Below are positions 28,770 through 39,497 of a stretch of DNA of 64,000 nt, one piece after another. The stretch covers positions 20,747 through 84,746 of the forward strand of contig DASWOQ010000082.1 of NCBI GenBank assembly GCA_036398675.1. Reading direction: 5' to 3'. Below the pieces are notes generated by a model. The model did not search any database. It saw only the letters and a list, made by a program, of their open reading frames with translations, and had not been told where the DNA came from. This DNA comes from Rhodanobacter sp. GTDB taxonomy: Bacteria; Pseudomonadota; Gammaproteobacteria; Xanthomonadales; Rhodanobacteraceae. The translations under genes and the position numbers were made by a program. Numbering within the stretch: the first letter of the stretch is position 1; each line of letters opens with the position of its first letter.

Positions 28770-30062
28770 ATGCCTGTTGCCGAAACCGTGCCGGCCAATT
28801 CGCCGCGCCGCATCCTGTTCGCGAGCCTGATCGGCACCACGATCGAGTTTTTCGATTTCTACATCTACGCCACGGCGGCGGTGCTGGTTTTTCCGAAGCT
28901 GTTTTTCCCATCGGCGGATCCCACCTCGGCCATGCTGCAATCGCTGGCGACGTTCGCGCTGGCGTTCTTCGCGCGGCCGATCGGCTCGGCGGTGTTCGGT
29001 CACTTCGGCGACCGGGTGGGCCGCAAGGCCACGCTGGTGGCGGCGTTGCTGACGATGGGCATCTCCACGGTGGCGATCGGCGTGCTGCCGACCTATGCCA
29101 GCATCGGCGTCTTCGCGCCGCTGCTGCTCGCGCTGTGCCGGTTCGGCCAGGGCCTGGGGCTGGGTGGCGAATGGGGTGGCGCGGTGCTGCTGGCGATCGA
29201 GAACGCACCGCCGGGCAAGCGTGCGTGGTACGGCATGTTTCCGCAGCTCGGCGCGCCGATCGGCTTCTTTTTCTCGACCGGCCTGTTCCTGTGGCTGACC
29301 CAGGGCATCGGCGACGCGGCGTTTTTTGCATGGGGCTGGCGCGTGCCATTCCTCGCCAGCGCGGTGCTGGTGCTGATCGGTCTGTGGATGCGCCTGAAGC
29401 TGCACGAGACGCCGGCATTCGCCCGTGCGATGGCGCATCACGAACGCGTGCGGCTGCCGATGCTGACGGTGATCACCGAGCACCCGAAGGCGTTGCTCGC
29501 CGGCACCTTCGCCGCGTTGGCCACGTTCGTGCTGTTTTACCTGATGACGGTATTCGCATTGAGCTGGGCCACCAGCAAGCTGGGCTATTCGCGCGAACAG
29601 TTCCTGCTGCTGCAGATGGTCGGCGTACTGTTCTTCGCAGTGACGATCCCGTTGTCGGCGATGTTCGCGGACCGCCGTGGCGCGCGTCTGGCGATGATCC
29701 TTTCCACGCTGCTGATCATCGCTTTCGGCATCGGTTTCGCGCCGTTGTTCGCGGCCGGGAGCAGCGGCAGCGTGCTGCTTTTCCTGGCGCTCGGGCTGGG
29801 TGCGATGGGGCTGACCTACGGGCCGCTGGGTACGATCCTGGCGCAGATGTTTCCCACTGCCGTGCGCTATACCGGCGCATCGCTGGCGTTCAACATGGCG
29901 GGGATTTTCGGCGCGTCGCTGGCGCCGTATGTCGCCACCTGGCTGGCGAAAAACTACGGCCTGGCCTATGTCGGCTACTACCTGGCGGCAGCCGGCGTAC
30001 TGACCCTGCTGGCGTTGCTCGTCATGCCGCGCCGGCCGGATGGAGCGACTGCGGCGGCTTGA
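28770..30062 (+). CDS. MFS transporter, MHS family (ShiA-like)
   Basis: GTTIEFFDFYIY, FGHFGDRVGRK, GGEWGGA, ETPAF. Confidence 0.92.
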   Translation: MPVAETVPANSPRRILFASLIGTTIEFFDFYIYATAAVLVFPKLFFPSADPTSAMLQSLATFALAFFARPIGSAVFGHFGDRVGRKATLVAALLTMGISTVAIGVLPTYASIGVFAPLLLALCRFGQGLGLGGEWGGAVLLAIENAPPGKRAWYGMFPQLGAPIGFFFSTGLFLWLTQGIGDAAFFAWGWRVPFLASAVLVLIGLWMRLKLHETPAFARAMAHHERVRLPMLTVITEHPKALLAGTFAALATFVLFYLMTVFALSWATSKLGYSREQFLLLQMVGVLFFAVTIPLSAMFADRRGARLAMILSTLLIIAFGIGFAPLFAAGSSGSVLLFLALGLGAMGLTYGPLGTILAQMFPTAVRYTGASLAFNMAGIFGASLAPYVATWLAKNYGLAYVGYYLAAAGVLTLLALLVMPRRPDGATAAA

Positions 30063-30150
30063 TGCCGCAGGCAGCAACCCCATCTTTCAAAAGGTGGAGT
30101 TCATTCACGTGGCGTGACTTTTCTTTCCGAACTCCATCGCGGAGGCAGCC

Positions 30151-30414
30151 ATGGCAACCGGTTGGGCCGGCGACGGCGCAGTGCAGGACCAGATCGACGC
30201 GACCGTCGACGATGCGGTGGCGCGCGCACGCCGACAGTTGAAGCAGGGCCCCGGCCTGCTGCGCTGTGAAGAGTGCGACGCCGACATTCCCGAGGCGAGG
30301 CGCAAGGCGGTGCCCGGCGTGCGCCTGTGCGTGGCCTGCCAGGAAGCCCATGACGAGGAGGCTGGCGCCAGCCTCTACAACCGTCGAGGCAGCAAGGACA
30401 GCCAATTGCGATAA
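30151..30414 (+). CDS. ybiI: DksA/TraR-family C4 zinc-finger protein
   Basis: MATGWAGDGAVQDQI, CEEC...CVAC, NRRGSKDSQLR; GGAGG RBS. Confidence 0.9.
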   Translation: MATGWAGDGAVQDQIDATVDDAVARARRQLKQGPGLLRCEECDADIPEARRKAVPGVRLCVACQEAHDEEAGASLYNRRGSKDSQLR

Positions 30415-30586
30415 GTCGGACGCGACCGCAGGGATCGCGACGGGTGGAGACGCGATCGGCGCAACCGCTTTCGTCATGCCTGCGTCGAATGACTTCGGCC
30501 GATCGAGTGTGCGAGCGGGATGAGGGTCGGGCAGCGCGGTCTGAGTCGCACTCGACGATTCCGGACACCAGGGGTTCTATCTGTTG

Positions 30587-30602
30587 ATGTAAACGTTTAC
30601 AT
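30587..30602. promoter_or_regulatory. LacI-family operator candidate
   Basis: Perfect 16-bp palindrome ATGTAAACGTTTACAT about 60 bp upstream of the GH3 gene. Confidence 0.7.
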
Positions 30603-30659
30603 TTGTACAGTTCCGTTCGGATGCGGCTTGAACCGCATGACTTGCTCCTTGGGGAAGCG

Positions 30660-33080
30660 ATGAAGCATTACAACGTGTCTGCTGTGTGTCCCGTGACGCT
30701 GTTGCTCTCGAGCGTGCTGGTAGGTGCCCTGGCCATCGGTCCGATCGGCGTTTCCGCGGCCGGCGCGCAGGCAGCGACGCCACCGCGGCACGCCATCGCC
30801 GCCAGGCCATCGAACGCCCAGCTCGCTTCGCCGGAGATCGAGCGCAAGGTCGACGCGCTGCTGAAGAAGATGACTCTGGCGGAGAAGATCGGCCAGTTGA
30901 TGCAATACAACGACCAGGGTTCCAGCGCACCCACCGCGACCGACGACGACACCTCGCCCGCGCTGGCAGCCAACCCCGAAACGAAAGACCATGTGGATGC
31001 AATGGAACTCGCCGGCAAGGGCGAGCTCGGCTCGATGCTCAACGTGATCGGCGCCGCGAAGACCCATGCATTCCAGCAGGCGGCGGTGGAGAAAAGCCGG
31101 CTGCACATTCCGATCCTGTTCGGCGCCGACGTGATTCACGGCTTCCGCACCATCTACCCGGTACCGCTGGGCCTGTCCGCATCGTGGGATCCTGCGCTGG
31201 TGTCCGAGGTGTCGCACATGGCCGCGGTGGAAGCGACTACCGCCGGCGTGAAGTGGTTCTATTCGCCGATGGTCGACATCACGCGCGATGCGCGCTGGGG
31301 TCGTTCCACCGAAGGCGCGGGCGAGGATGCGTATCTCGGCTCAGCCATGGCGCGTGCATATATCCGCGGCTACCAGGGCGATGACCTGTCCAGGCCCGAT
31401 AGTGTCGCCGCCTCGGTGAAGCATTACGCAGCCTATGGCGCCGCCGAGGCCGGGCGCGAATACAACACCACCGACATGTCGGACATCCGTCTGCGTCAGG
31501 ACTACCTGCCGCCGTACAAGGCGGCGGTGGAAGCGGGCACGGCCACCATGATGAGTTCGTTCAACGCGCTCAATGGCGTGCCCGCGACGGCCAATCCGTA
31601 CCTGATGGACGAGATCCTGCGCAAGGAATGGGGCTTCAACGGTTTCGTGGTCAGCGACTACACCGCGGTGATGGAACTCACTCATCACGGCATCGCGCTC
31701 GACGCAGCCGCCGCCACCAAGAAGGCACTGGAAGCGGGCGTGGAAGTGGACATGATGTCCCACTACTACGACACGCAGATCCCGAAATTGCTGGCCAGCC
31801 ACAAGATGCCGATGAGCGTGGTCGACGAGGCGGTGCGCCGCGTGCTGCGGGTGAAGTTCGCGCTCGGGCTGTTCGAGCATCCGTACGCACAGGGTACCGA
31901 AGTGACGCAGGCGGTGGACGCGCATCGTCCGCTCGCGCGCCGCGCCGCGGAAGAATCTTTCGTGTTGCTGAAGAACGGCGCGCCCAGCGGTGCGCCGGTA
32001 TTGCCGCTGTCGTCACAGGTGAAGACGGTCGCCCTGATCGGCCCGCTCGCCGACGACGCCAGCGAGATGCAGGGCGCCTGGGGCGGTGCGCAACATCAGG
32101 CCGACGTGGTCACCGTGCGCGATGGCTTGGCCGAGCGCATGAAGAAAATCGGTGGCACGCTGCTGTATGCGCGCGGCACCGATACCGATGGCACTTCCGA
32201 AGCGGGTTTCGCGGAAGCGCAGCGCGTGGCGAAGCAGGCCGATGTGGTGGTGATGGCGCTGGGTGAATCCAGCGCCATGAGCGGCGAAGCCGGCTCGCGC
32301 GCGCATCTGGATCTGCCTGGCAATCAGCAGAAGTTGCTGGAGGCGATCGCTGCGACCGGCAAGCCGGTGGTGCTGCTGGTGTTTTCCGGTCGCCCGCTGG
32401 TGCTGGACTGGGCGGCGCAACATGTGCCGGCGATCATGGCCGTGTGGTTTCCCGGTACCGAGGCGGGTTCGGCGCTCTCGAACGTGCTGTTCGGCGACAC
32501 GGTTCCCACCGGCAAGCTGACCATGAGCTTCCCGCGCGCGGTCGGGCAGGAGCCGCTCTACTACAACCAGTTTCCTACCGGCCGCCCCGCCGGCGACGCC
32601 GACCTGGGCAAGCCGCCGCTGGGCGACACGCGCTTCATCTCGCGCTACATCGACGTGCCGAACGATGCGTTGTTCCCGTTCGGCTTCGGCCTCAGCTACA
32701 CCACCTTCGGCTACTCCGGCGTCCGTGTGTCGCGCCCTTCGCTGCCGCTGGCCGAAGCGAATCGCAGCGGCGCGAAGAAGCTGATCAGTGTGACCGCCAC
32801 GGTGAAGAACACCGGCTCGCGCGAAGGCACCGAAGTGGTCCAGGCCTATGTGCGCAACCTCGGCGCCAGCGTCGAACAACCGGTGCGCAGTTTGCAGGGG
32901 TTCCAGCGCGTCACGCTGAAGCCCGGCGAGTCGAGGCAGGTGACATTCGATCTCGGGTTTCCGGAGCTCTCGTTCTACGACAGCGAAAGCCAGCCGGTCA
33001 TCGAAGCCTCGCATTACACCGTGTGGGTGGGCGGCAGTTCTCTGGCAACCGATCACGCCGATTTCGAGGTGACGCCGTAA
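30660..33080 (+). CDS. bglX: Periplasmic GH3 beta-glucosidase (BglX-like)
   Basis: MTLAEKIGQ, ADVIHG, RDARWGR, KHYAAYG, VVSDY nucleophile, FPFGFGLSYTTF, FnIII-like tail. Confidence 0.9.
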   Translation: MKHYNVSAVCPVTLLLSSVLVGALAIGPIGVSAAGAQAATPPRHAIAARPSNAQLASPEIERKVDALLKKMTLAEKIGQLMQYNDQGSSAPTATDDDTSPALAANPETKDHVDAMELAGKGELGSMLNVIGAAKTHAFQQAAVEKSRLHIPILFGADVIHGFRTIYPVPLGLSASWDPALVSEVSHMAAVEATTAGVKWFYSPMVDITRDARWGRSTEGAGEDAYLGSAMARAYIRGYQGDDLSRPDSVAASVKHYAAYGAAEAGREYNTTDMSDIRLRQDYLPPYKAAVEAGTATMMSSFNALNGVPATANPYLMDEILRKEWGFNGFVVSDYTAVMELTHHGIALDAAAATKKALEAGVEVDMMSHYYDTQIPKLLASHKMPMSVVDEAVRRVLRVKFALGLFEHPYAQGTEVTQAVDAHRPLARRAAEESFVLLKNGAPSGAPVLPLSSQVKTVALIGPLADDASEMQGAWGGAQHQADVVTVRDGLAERMKKIGGTLLYARGTDTDGTSEAGFAEAQRVAKQADVVVMALGESSAMSGEAGSRAHLDLPGNQQKLLEAIAATGKPVVLLVFSGRPLVLDWAAQHVPAIMAVWFPGTEAGSALSNVLFGDTVPTGKLTMSFPRAVGQEPLYYNQFPTGRPAGDADLGKPPLGDTRFISRYIDVPNDALFPFGFGLSYTTFGYSGVRVSRPSLPLAEANRSGAKKLISVTATVKNTGSREGTEVVQAYVRNLGASVEQPVRSLQGFQRVTLKPGESRQVTFDLGFPELSFYDSESQPVIEASHYTVWVGGSSLATDHADFEVTP

Positions 33081-33106
33081 CCGGCACGGATGCGCAGCGT
33101 CGAGAT

Positions 33107-33135
33107 GAAAAAGCCCGCCGATGGCGGGCTTTTTC
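33107..33135. terminator. Bidirectional rho-independent terminator
   Basis: gaaaaagcccgcc-gat-ggcgggctttttc. Confidence 0.85.
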
Positions 33136-33181
33136 GTGGATCAGACCATGCGATGCCCGTGGAGCGGGGCGGGCTTGCGCC

Positions 33182-35110
33182 TTATTTGCGCGCGGCAGTG
33201 ATATCCCCGATCAGGTCCTTGCCCTTGGTGCGTACCAGGTGCGGATATTTCAGGCCGCCGTGGTAGTCGAGCTTGACCGTGCTGTAGACGTCCACGTTCT
33301 TCACCAGCAGCTCGATCGGTGCGCTGCCGGTTTTCGCCGTAGTGACTGCATCCTTCAGGCCGTCGGCCGAGAAGTCCTTGCCGTTGACGGCGACGATGGT
33401 GAGGTCGGGCACCAGGCCGGCATTGAAGGCCGGACCGCCCCATTGCACGTCGCGGACCTCGCCCTTGGCGGAGACCGACATGCCGAGCGAGTAGGCGAGG
33501 TTGGCGCCGTGGCGGATCTTGTCGGCGGCCTTGTCGGTGTCGTTGGGCGTGTCGGTGTAGACCAACTGCCAGCCGCCGTTCTCGATGCCGCGCTCGGGCA
33601 GGGTATCGCCGGTAAAGTCGAGCCGGTCGCGCAGGAACTTCGCCCAGTCGTACTTCTGCACCTGGTTGAGTGTGCCGACCACGTCGTCGAACGTGTAGGT
33701 CTTGGTGACGTAGCTGCCGTTGTCCATGCCGTAGAACGCGCGCGCGAAATCATCCAGCGAGTGCTTGCCGCCGCTGAGTTCGCGGATCTGCGTATCCACG
33801 TCCAGCCACAGCAACTGGCCTTCCGGATAGAAGTCGGTGCCACGGCGCCAGTTGCCCCAGCCGTTGCCACCGAAGTAGGTGAGCGGCGCGGCATCGGCGG
33901 TGTCCTGCAGCGAGCGCCACGAGCGGCCGGTGCGGTAGGACATCTGCGCGGCGATCGAGGCCATCGAATCGCGGTATTGCGCAGGCGTCCACAGGCCTGC
34001 GCGTGCGGTCAGTACGCCGCACCAGTAATCGGTGAGGCCTTCGTAGACCCACAGCAGGTCGTCCTGCATCGGCTCCATGAAGGTCGGCGTCCACAGGTCG
34101 GCCGGGCGGCGGAACTTGCCGTTCCACGAGTGCACGTATTCGTGCGGCATCAGGCTCGCCGCCAGCGTGTGCATGGTGTCGTCGGTGAAGAAATTCGCTG
34201 GCAGGCGGTCGTCGCTGGACTGATGATGTTCGAGCCCGAAGTGGCCGGTGTGGTCGGACAGCGTGAGCAGGAAATCGTAGTGGTCATAGTGATGCGCACC
34301 GAACAGCTTGGCGGTCTGTTGCACCACGGCGCGCTGGCCGGCGAGCTGCTTGTCGCTGATCTTGACGTCGTCGGCCTCGTCGCCGATGACATTGAGATGC
34401 ACCGGCACTTTGGCGCCTGGGTCGAGATCGACGCGGTTGAAATATTTGCCGGCGATCAGCGGCGAATCGACCAGGTTGTTGAAGGTCAGCGGCTTGAATT
34501 GCGTGGTGTTGCCGGACTGGCTGGCGATCTGCAGCGCGGTACCGAACTTCCATCCTGCCGGTAGCGTGACGCTGGGCTGGATGGTGATCTGCCGCGTGTA
34601 GTGCGCGGCTGGATAGAACGCCGTCTGGTTGAACTCGATATCCACCAGGTTCGGCGTGGACGATGCGCTGGCGCCGAACTCGCCACCATCGCCCGGCGAC
34701 AGGAACTGGAATGAGAGGTCGATCTGGCTCACCCCCTGCGGCACGTCGAGATGCAGTGCATACATCTCGCGCAGGTCGCGACGCCAGGCGAGTTGCTTGC
34801 CGTTGGCCTTGATCACCACGCCGGCCACGTTCTGGATCGGGCCGGACGGCGCGTGCTCGCCGGGAATCCATTTCGGGTAGTACAGCGTCAGCGGGCCGGG
34901 CGTGACCGGGATCGTCTCGTTCACGCGGAAGATCTTCTTCGGTGCATCGGCCAGGTCGACCGCGACCGTAAGCGTGCCGGCATACGGCTGGTCCAGCGGT
35001 GCGGGCAGGTCGGTGGCCGATGTTGCGAAGGTTCCGGATATCGAAAGCGCGGAGGTGACGGCGAGGGCAAGCAGACGGCAGCGAGGCATGGACATGTTCA
35101 AGGAGGGCAT
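33182..35110 (-). CDS. M61 glycyl aminopeptidase with C-terminal PDZ domain
   Basis: YPKWIPGEH, GLEHHQS, HEYVHSWNGK zinc motif, WVYEGLT; signal peptide; start may be 35095. Confidence 0.9.
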   Translation of the reverse strand: MPSLNMSMPRCRLLALAVTSALSISGTFATSATDLPAPLDQPYAGTLTVAVDLADAPKKIFRVNETIPVTPGPLTLYYPKWIPGEHAPSGPIQNVAGVVIKANGKQLAWRRDLREMYALHLDVPQGVSQIDLSFQFLSPGDGGEFGASASSTPNLVDIEFNQTAFYPAAHYTRQITIQPSVTLPAGWKFGTALQIASQSGNTTQFKPLTFNNLVDSPLIAGKYFNRVDLDPGAKVPVHLNVIGDEADDVKISDKQLAGQRAVVQQTAKLFGAHHYDHYDFLLTLSDHTGHFGLEHHQSSDDRLPANFFTDDTMHTLAASLMPHEYVHSWNGKFRRPADLWTPTFMEPMQDDLLWVYEGLTDYWCGVLTARAGLWTPAQYRDSMASIAAQMSYRTGRSWRSLQDTADAAPLTYFGGNGWGNWRRGTDFYPEGQLLWLDVDTQIRELSGGKHSLDDFARAFYGMDNGSYVTKTYTFDDVVGTLNQVQKYDWAKFLRDRLDFTGDTLPERGIENGGWQLVYTDTPNDTDKAADKIRHGANLAYSLGMSVSAKGEVRDVQWGGPAFNAGLVPDLTIVAVNGKDFSADGLKDAVTTAKTGSAPIELLVKNVDVYSTVKLDYHGGLKYPHLVRTKGKDLIGDITAARK

Positions 35111-35327
35111 TCCGGGTGGGTGATGGCAGGGCGGCGCATCGTTGCCGGTTCCGTTGTCCTGACGCGGCCAGCGATGCGTGGACTGCCGATGGTAGGTCGA
35201 AGGTCACGCCCCATCCCCTGCCAGAGGTCACCCATGTCCGTTGCATGCGTGCTGGCTTGACACACAGGTGTCACGAATTTGTCCCATGCCTTAAGTAGCG
35301 TGAAAGAACTGGCTTAAGGAGATGCCG

Positions 35328-36911
35328 ATGTCCACCGAAACTTCCGCTGCAACATTGCCTAGTCCCAGTGTGGGATCGGGACGCATTTTTCTGATCGTGT
35401 TCGCCTTGATCCTGCTGGCGGGTGGCGGCTATGCCTTCACCCACTTGTTGCAGGACCTTTCGATCGTCAAATCCACCGCCTCGGCACCATTCATCCTGCT
35501 CGGCGTGGCGCTGCTGATCGCTCTGGGTTTCGAATTCGTCAACGGTTTCCATGACACCGCCAACGCGGTGGCGACGGTGATCTATACCAACTCGATGCCG
35601 GCCAACATGGCGGTGATCTGGTCGGGCGCATTCAATTTCCTTGGCGTGCTGACGTCGTCCGGTGCGGTGGCGTTCACCGTGGTGGCGCTGCTGCCGGTGG
35701 AGCTGATCCTGCAAGTCGGCAGCCACGCCGGTTTCGCGATGGTGTTCGCGCTGTTGATCGCGGCGATCCTGTGGAATCTCGGCACCTGGTATTTCGGCTT
35801 GCCGAATTCCTCGTCGCATACATTGATCGGGTCGATCATCGGCGTCGGCTTGGCGAACCAGTTGATGTCCGGCCATAGCGGCACCAGCGGCGTGGATTGG
35901 ACGGCTGCCGCAGGCGTGTTCAAGGGCCTGGTGTTTTCGCCGATCGCAGGCTTCCTGCTTGCCGGCCTGCTGATGGTGATCCTCAAGGTGGCGGTGAAGA
36001 TCCCCGCGCTGTATCGCGCGCCGGAAGGCAACAAGCCGCCGCCGTGGCCGATCCGCGCGCTGCTGGTGCTGACCTGCACTGGTGTGAGCTTCAGCCACGG
36101 CTCGAACGACGGCCAGAAGGGCATGGGCCTGATCATGCTGATCCTGATCGGCACGGTGCCGACGGCATACGCATTGAACGGCGCGGTGACCGGCGGACAG
36201 GTGAAGACCTTCCATCAGGTTTCGGTGGACGCACAGAAAGTGCTTGGATCATTCACTGGCACGACGGCACTGAACGGCGATCCGCGTGCCATGGTGACGA
36301 CGGCGGTGCAGCAGAAAGCTTTGCTGCCCACCACCGCGCCGGCACTTGCCGGATTGATGGCAGCGATCGACAAGCAACTCGGCGACCGCACCTCGCTGCG
36401 CGCAGTGCCGCAGGAACAGATGGGCAACGTGCGTAACGACATCTACCTGGCCGACGCGGCGATTCCGCTGGTGCTGCAGCAACCAGGCCTCTCCGATTCG
36501 CAGCGCGCGACACTCACTTCATGGCGCGGCCTCGGCACGCAGGCCACGCAGTTCATCCCGCCGTGGGTGAAAGTCGCCGTCGCGCTGGCGCTGGGTCTCG
36601 GCACGATGGTGGGCTGGAAGCGCATCGTGGTGACGGTCGGCGAAAAAATCGGCAAGGAGCATCTCACCTATGCGCAGGGTGCCTCGGCGGAACTGGTGGC
36701 GATGACCCTGATCCAGGCGGCCGACATGTACCACCTGCCGGTCAGCACCACCCACGTGCTGACCTCCGGCGTTGCCGGCACCATGGCCGCGAACGGCTCC
36801 GGTCTGCAGTGGAGCACCGTGCGCAGCCTGCTGATGGCATGGGTGCTGACGCTGCCTGCGTCGATCCTGCTGGCCGGCGGCCTGTTCATGCTGTTCCGGC
36901 ATCTTTTCTAG
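35328..36911 (+). CDS. pitA: Low-affinity inorganic phosphate transporter (PiT)
   Basis: NGFHDTANAVAT, HGSNDGQKGMG, PVSTTH; AAGGAG RBS. Confidence 0.92.
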   Translation: MSTETSAATLPSPSVGSGRIFLIVFALILLAGGGYAFTHLLQDLSIVKSTASAPFILLGVALLIALGFEFVNGFHDTANAVATVIYTNSMPANMAVIWSGAFNFLGVLTSSGAVAFTVVALLPVELILQVGSHAGFAMVFALLIAAILWNLGTWYFGLPNSSSHTLIGSIIGVGLANQLMSGHSGTSGVDWTAAAGVFKGLVFSPIAGFLLAGLLMVILKVAVKIPALYRAPEGNKPPPWPIRALLVLTCTGVSFSHGSNDGQKGMGLIMLILIGTVPTAYALNGAVTGGQVKTFHQVSVDAQKVLGSFTGTTALNGDPRAMVTTAVQQKALLPTTAPALAGLMAAIDKQLGDRTSLRAVPQEQMGNVRNDIYLADAAIPLVLQQPGLSDSQRATLTSWRGLGTQATQFIPPWVKVAVALALGLGTMVGWKRIVVTVGEKIGKEHLTYAQGASAELVAMTLIQAADMYHLPVSTTHVLTSGVAGTMAANGSGLQWSTVRSLLMAWVLTLPASILLAGGLFMLFRHLF

Positions 36912-36948
36912 GTTGCCCCTGTTCGGCCCGCCATCAAGAAAGCGATAA

Positions 36949-36975
36949 AGAAAGGGGGCGTTTCGGCCCCTTTCT
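36949..36975. terminator. Terminator hairpin
   Basis: agaaagggggcg-ttt-cggcccctttct downstream of pitA. Confidence 0.6.
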
Positions 36976-36979
36976 CTTG

Positions 36980-37384
36980 GCATCGCCGGTTCTGGGGTAG
37001 CTGAAGTTGATGCTCGAAGCGCCGCTGGATTTGGCGTCCGAAACTGCCATCGCTCACCTGATACGGCGCGCCATCCGCAGCGTCGATATTTATCGACCAG
37101 CCGCTGGCGTTCTGCGCGGCCACACTCAACTCGGCGTGCCATGCAGCAGCGTCGATGGGCACGTCGTTCCAGCTCATCGTACCGTCCGCATGGATGGCCA
37201 GATGCACGGGCTCGGCGGGTCTCTGGGTTCTGTTGCTCTGCTGCGGAAGGTCGAGTTTGACGCGGTGCGAAACTACCGGCACCGTGATCATGAAGATAAC
37301 CAGCAAGACGAGAAGCACATCGACCAGCGGCGTGACGTTGATCTGCGAGACGGCATCATCGGAAACACGTGCAGAAAAAGCCAT
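36980..37384 (-). pseudogene. exbD: Orphan ExbD/TolR with C-terminal frameshift
   Basis: QINVTPLVDVLLVLLVIFMITVP signature; after APYQV the ExbD-like tail (AMAVSDAKSSGASSINF) lies in a shifted frame; GAGGAG RBS; 3' end approximate. Confidence 0.65.
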
Positions 37385-38154
37385 GGTTCTTTCTCCTCGA
37401 CCACCGTGATACGGATTGTCGACAGCCCGGGGTGAATCTGGTGAGCCGGGCGGGATCAGCTTACCCGAGTGACGTTGCTGTGGAACTCAACCGGCGGTCT
37501 TGCAAGGTGCCGCCAGGTCGTTGGCCGGCGATCGATCGAAGCGCGGCGCGATCGACCTTTGCTCCATGCCGTGACGATGTTCGATCGCATCCGCAAGGTG
37601 ACTGCCACTGTCGGGAGTTCGGATCATTTCCTTGCCAGCACCACATCGCACACTCACCGGCGGCATCAACTGTTTCTTTGCCTTGCTGCCCGATGTGCAG
37701 GCGCAGATGGATATCGCGAACCTGGAAGAGCGCTTCCGCAAGTCGCATCGCGCGAGTGGTTCCGCTGTTGGAGCCGTGCGGTCCCAAGCTGCGCCACGCC
37801 TGCACGGAATCAGACAACGATGTCATGCACGGGTCGCATTCGCTGCGGAAGGTCTGAACTGCGGGTGATTCATGCGGCGACAACAGTTGTCCCCAGTCAC
37901 GAGTCTGGGAGACTGGAGGTCCATCAACCTTACGCTTACCAGTTCGAATGCATTTCACGTCGGCCGTCACACTTCTGGATGAGTCGAATAGACAACGTTG
38001 TCATTCAGGACTAAGACAAGACAGTTACATCCATAACAAGCGGTAGCACGGAGGCTGTGAGGCGTTCCATTCCCCAACTGGCCGACCGGACAACGGCCAG
38101 CGCTCGCCTTGGTCAACTCACCCGAAACAACGTCGTCCCATCAGGAGAAAATCC

Positions 38155-39471
38155 ATGTTTGAGAAACGATCGGTTGTGTGGCCGCGCCTGGCTTTCAGCG
38201 CGCTTGGCAGTGCGGTCGCCACGGCGCTGGCCGTGACGACCCTGGCGGCGGTACCCGTGGAGACCTTGGAGGCGCAGACGCTTCCCGCCTGCGCTGCCGC
38301 GTGGAGCGCAGGCGCTGTCTATACCGGCGGAAACACCGCCAGCGAAAACGGCATCAATTACCAGGCGAACTGGTGGACGCAGGGCAATGACCCGGCCACC
38401 AACAATGGCGGCAGCGGCTCCGGCCAGCCGTGGACGTCGCAAGGTTCATGTGGCGGTGGCGGCACCACGAATCCGCCGCCCCCACCGCCTCCACCCCCGC
38501 CGCCGCCGCCGTCAGGCAGCCTGCTGTTCAGTCCGTACAAGGATGTGACGATCAATCTCGACTGGAACACCAACACCATGCGCACGGCCGTCACCGGCAC
38601 GCCGATCCCGGTGGTGGGCAGCGGTAGCCTGGTGTCGACGGCCGTGCCGAATCTCGGCGCGATCACGCTGGCTTTCGCCACCGGCGAGTGCGGTAGCGAA
38701 AACTGGGGTGGCGTTCCGGGCGCGAGCTTCGCCAGTGCCAATGTCCAGGCGCTGGCCAACGCGGGTATCCGCTATGTGGTGTCCACCGGCGGACAGGCGG
38801 GAACCTTCACCTGCGGCAGCCCCGCCGGCATGGCGGCGTTCCTCGCGCGCTACAACTCGGCCTACCTGACAGGTGTCGATTTCGATATCGAGGGCGGCCA
38901 GACCCAGGCACAGATCAACAACCTGATCTCCAACGCCGCCTATGCGCACACGCTGTATCCCAACCTGCGTTTCTCATTCACGCTGGCCACGCTGGGTGCA
39001 TCGGACGGCAGTTTCGGTGGCGTCAACAGCCTGGGTGACATGGTGGTGCGTGCGGTTACGGCGGCCAACCTGCCGAACTACACCATCAACCTGATGACGA
39101 TGGACTTCGGTTCATCGGCCGCCAGCTATCTGTGCGTGGTCACCAACGGCACGTGCAATATGGGGCAGTCGGCGATCCAGGCGGCACTTAACTTGGAGCA
39201 CACCTACGGCATCCCGGCCAGCCGCATCGAGCTCACGCCGATGATCGGCCAGAACGACGCCAGCAGCGAAACCACCACGCTGACCGACGTCGATACCGTC
39301 ACCAGCTACGCCAATAGCCAGGGCATGGCGGGCGTGCACTTCTGGTCTCTGGATCGGGATACACCATGTCCAGGCGGCGCGACGGGCTATGCTTCGCCGA
39401 CCTGCAATTCGGTCAGCGGCAGCACCGCGTTGCAGTACACCAACCGCTTCCTGCACGACCTGGGTCACTGA
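38155..39471 (+). CDS. Secreted GH18 chitinase with N-terminal CBM5/12 chitin-binding module
   Basis: AWSAGAVYTGG...YQANWWTQG CBM, polyproline linker, GVDFDIEG (DxDxE), FWSLDRD; AGGAG RBS. Confidence 0.88.
   Translation: MFEKRSVVWPRLAFSALGSAVATALAVTTLAAVPVETLEAQTLPACAAAWSAGAVYTGGNTASENGINYQANWWTQGNDPATNNGGSGSGQPWTSQGSCGGGGTTNPPPPPPPPPPPPPSGSLLFSPYKDVTINLDWNTNTMRTAVTGTPIPVVGSGSLVSTAVPNLGAITLAFATGECGSENWGGVPGASFASANVQALANAGIRYVVSTGGQAGTFTCGSPAGMAAFLARYNSAYLTGVDFDIEGGQTQAQINNLISNAAYAHTLYPNLRFSFTLATLGASDGSFGGVNSLGDMVVRAVTAANLPNYTINLMTMDFGSSAASYLCVVTNGTCNMGQSAIQAALNLEHTYGIPASRIELTPMIGQNDASSETTTLTDVDTVTSYANSQGMAGVHFWSLDRDTPCPGGATGYASPTCNSVSGSTALQYTNRFLHDLGH
38473..38511 (+). repeat. CCN codon run encoding a 13-proline linker
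   Basis: ccg ccg ccc cca ccg cct cca ccc ccg ccg ccg ccg ccg. Confidence 0.9.
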
Positions 39472-39497
39472 TCGATCGCGCACGCGTGTAGCAATCG

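Noticed and set aside
37870-38150. Riboswitch or sRNA upstream of the chitinase gene
   Set aside because: No recognisable conserved motif by eye; an Rfam/Infernal scan would be needed
38473-38511. CCG-rich run as a phase-variable repeat
   Set aside because: Mixed synonymous Pro codons in frame; an ordinary CBM-catalytic domain linker
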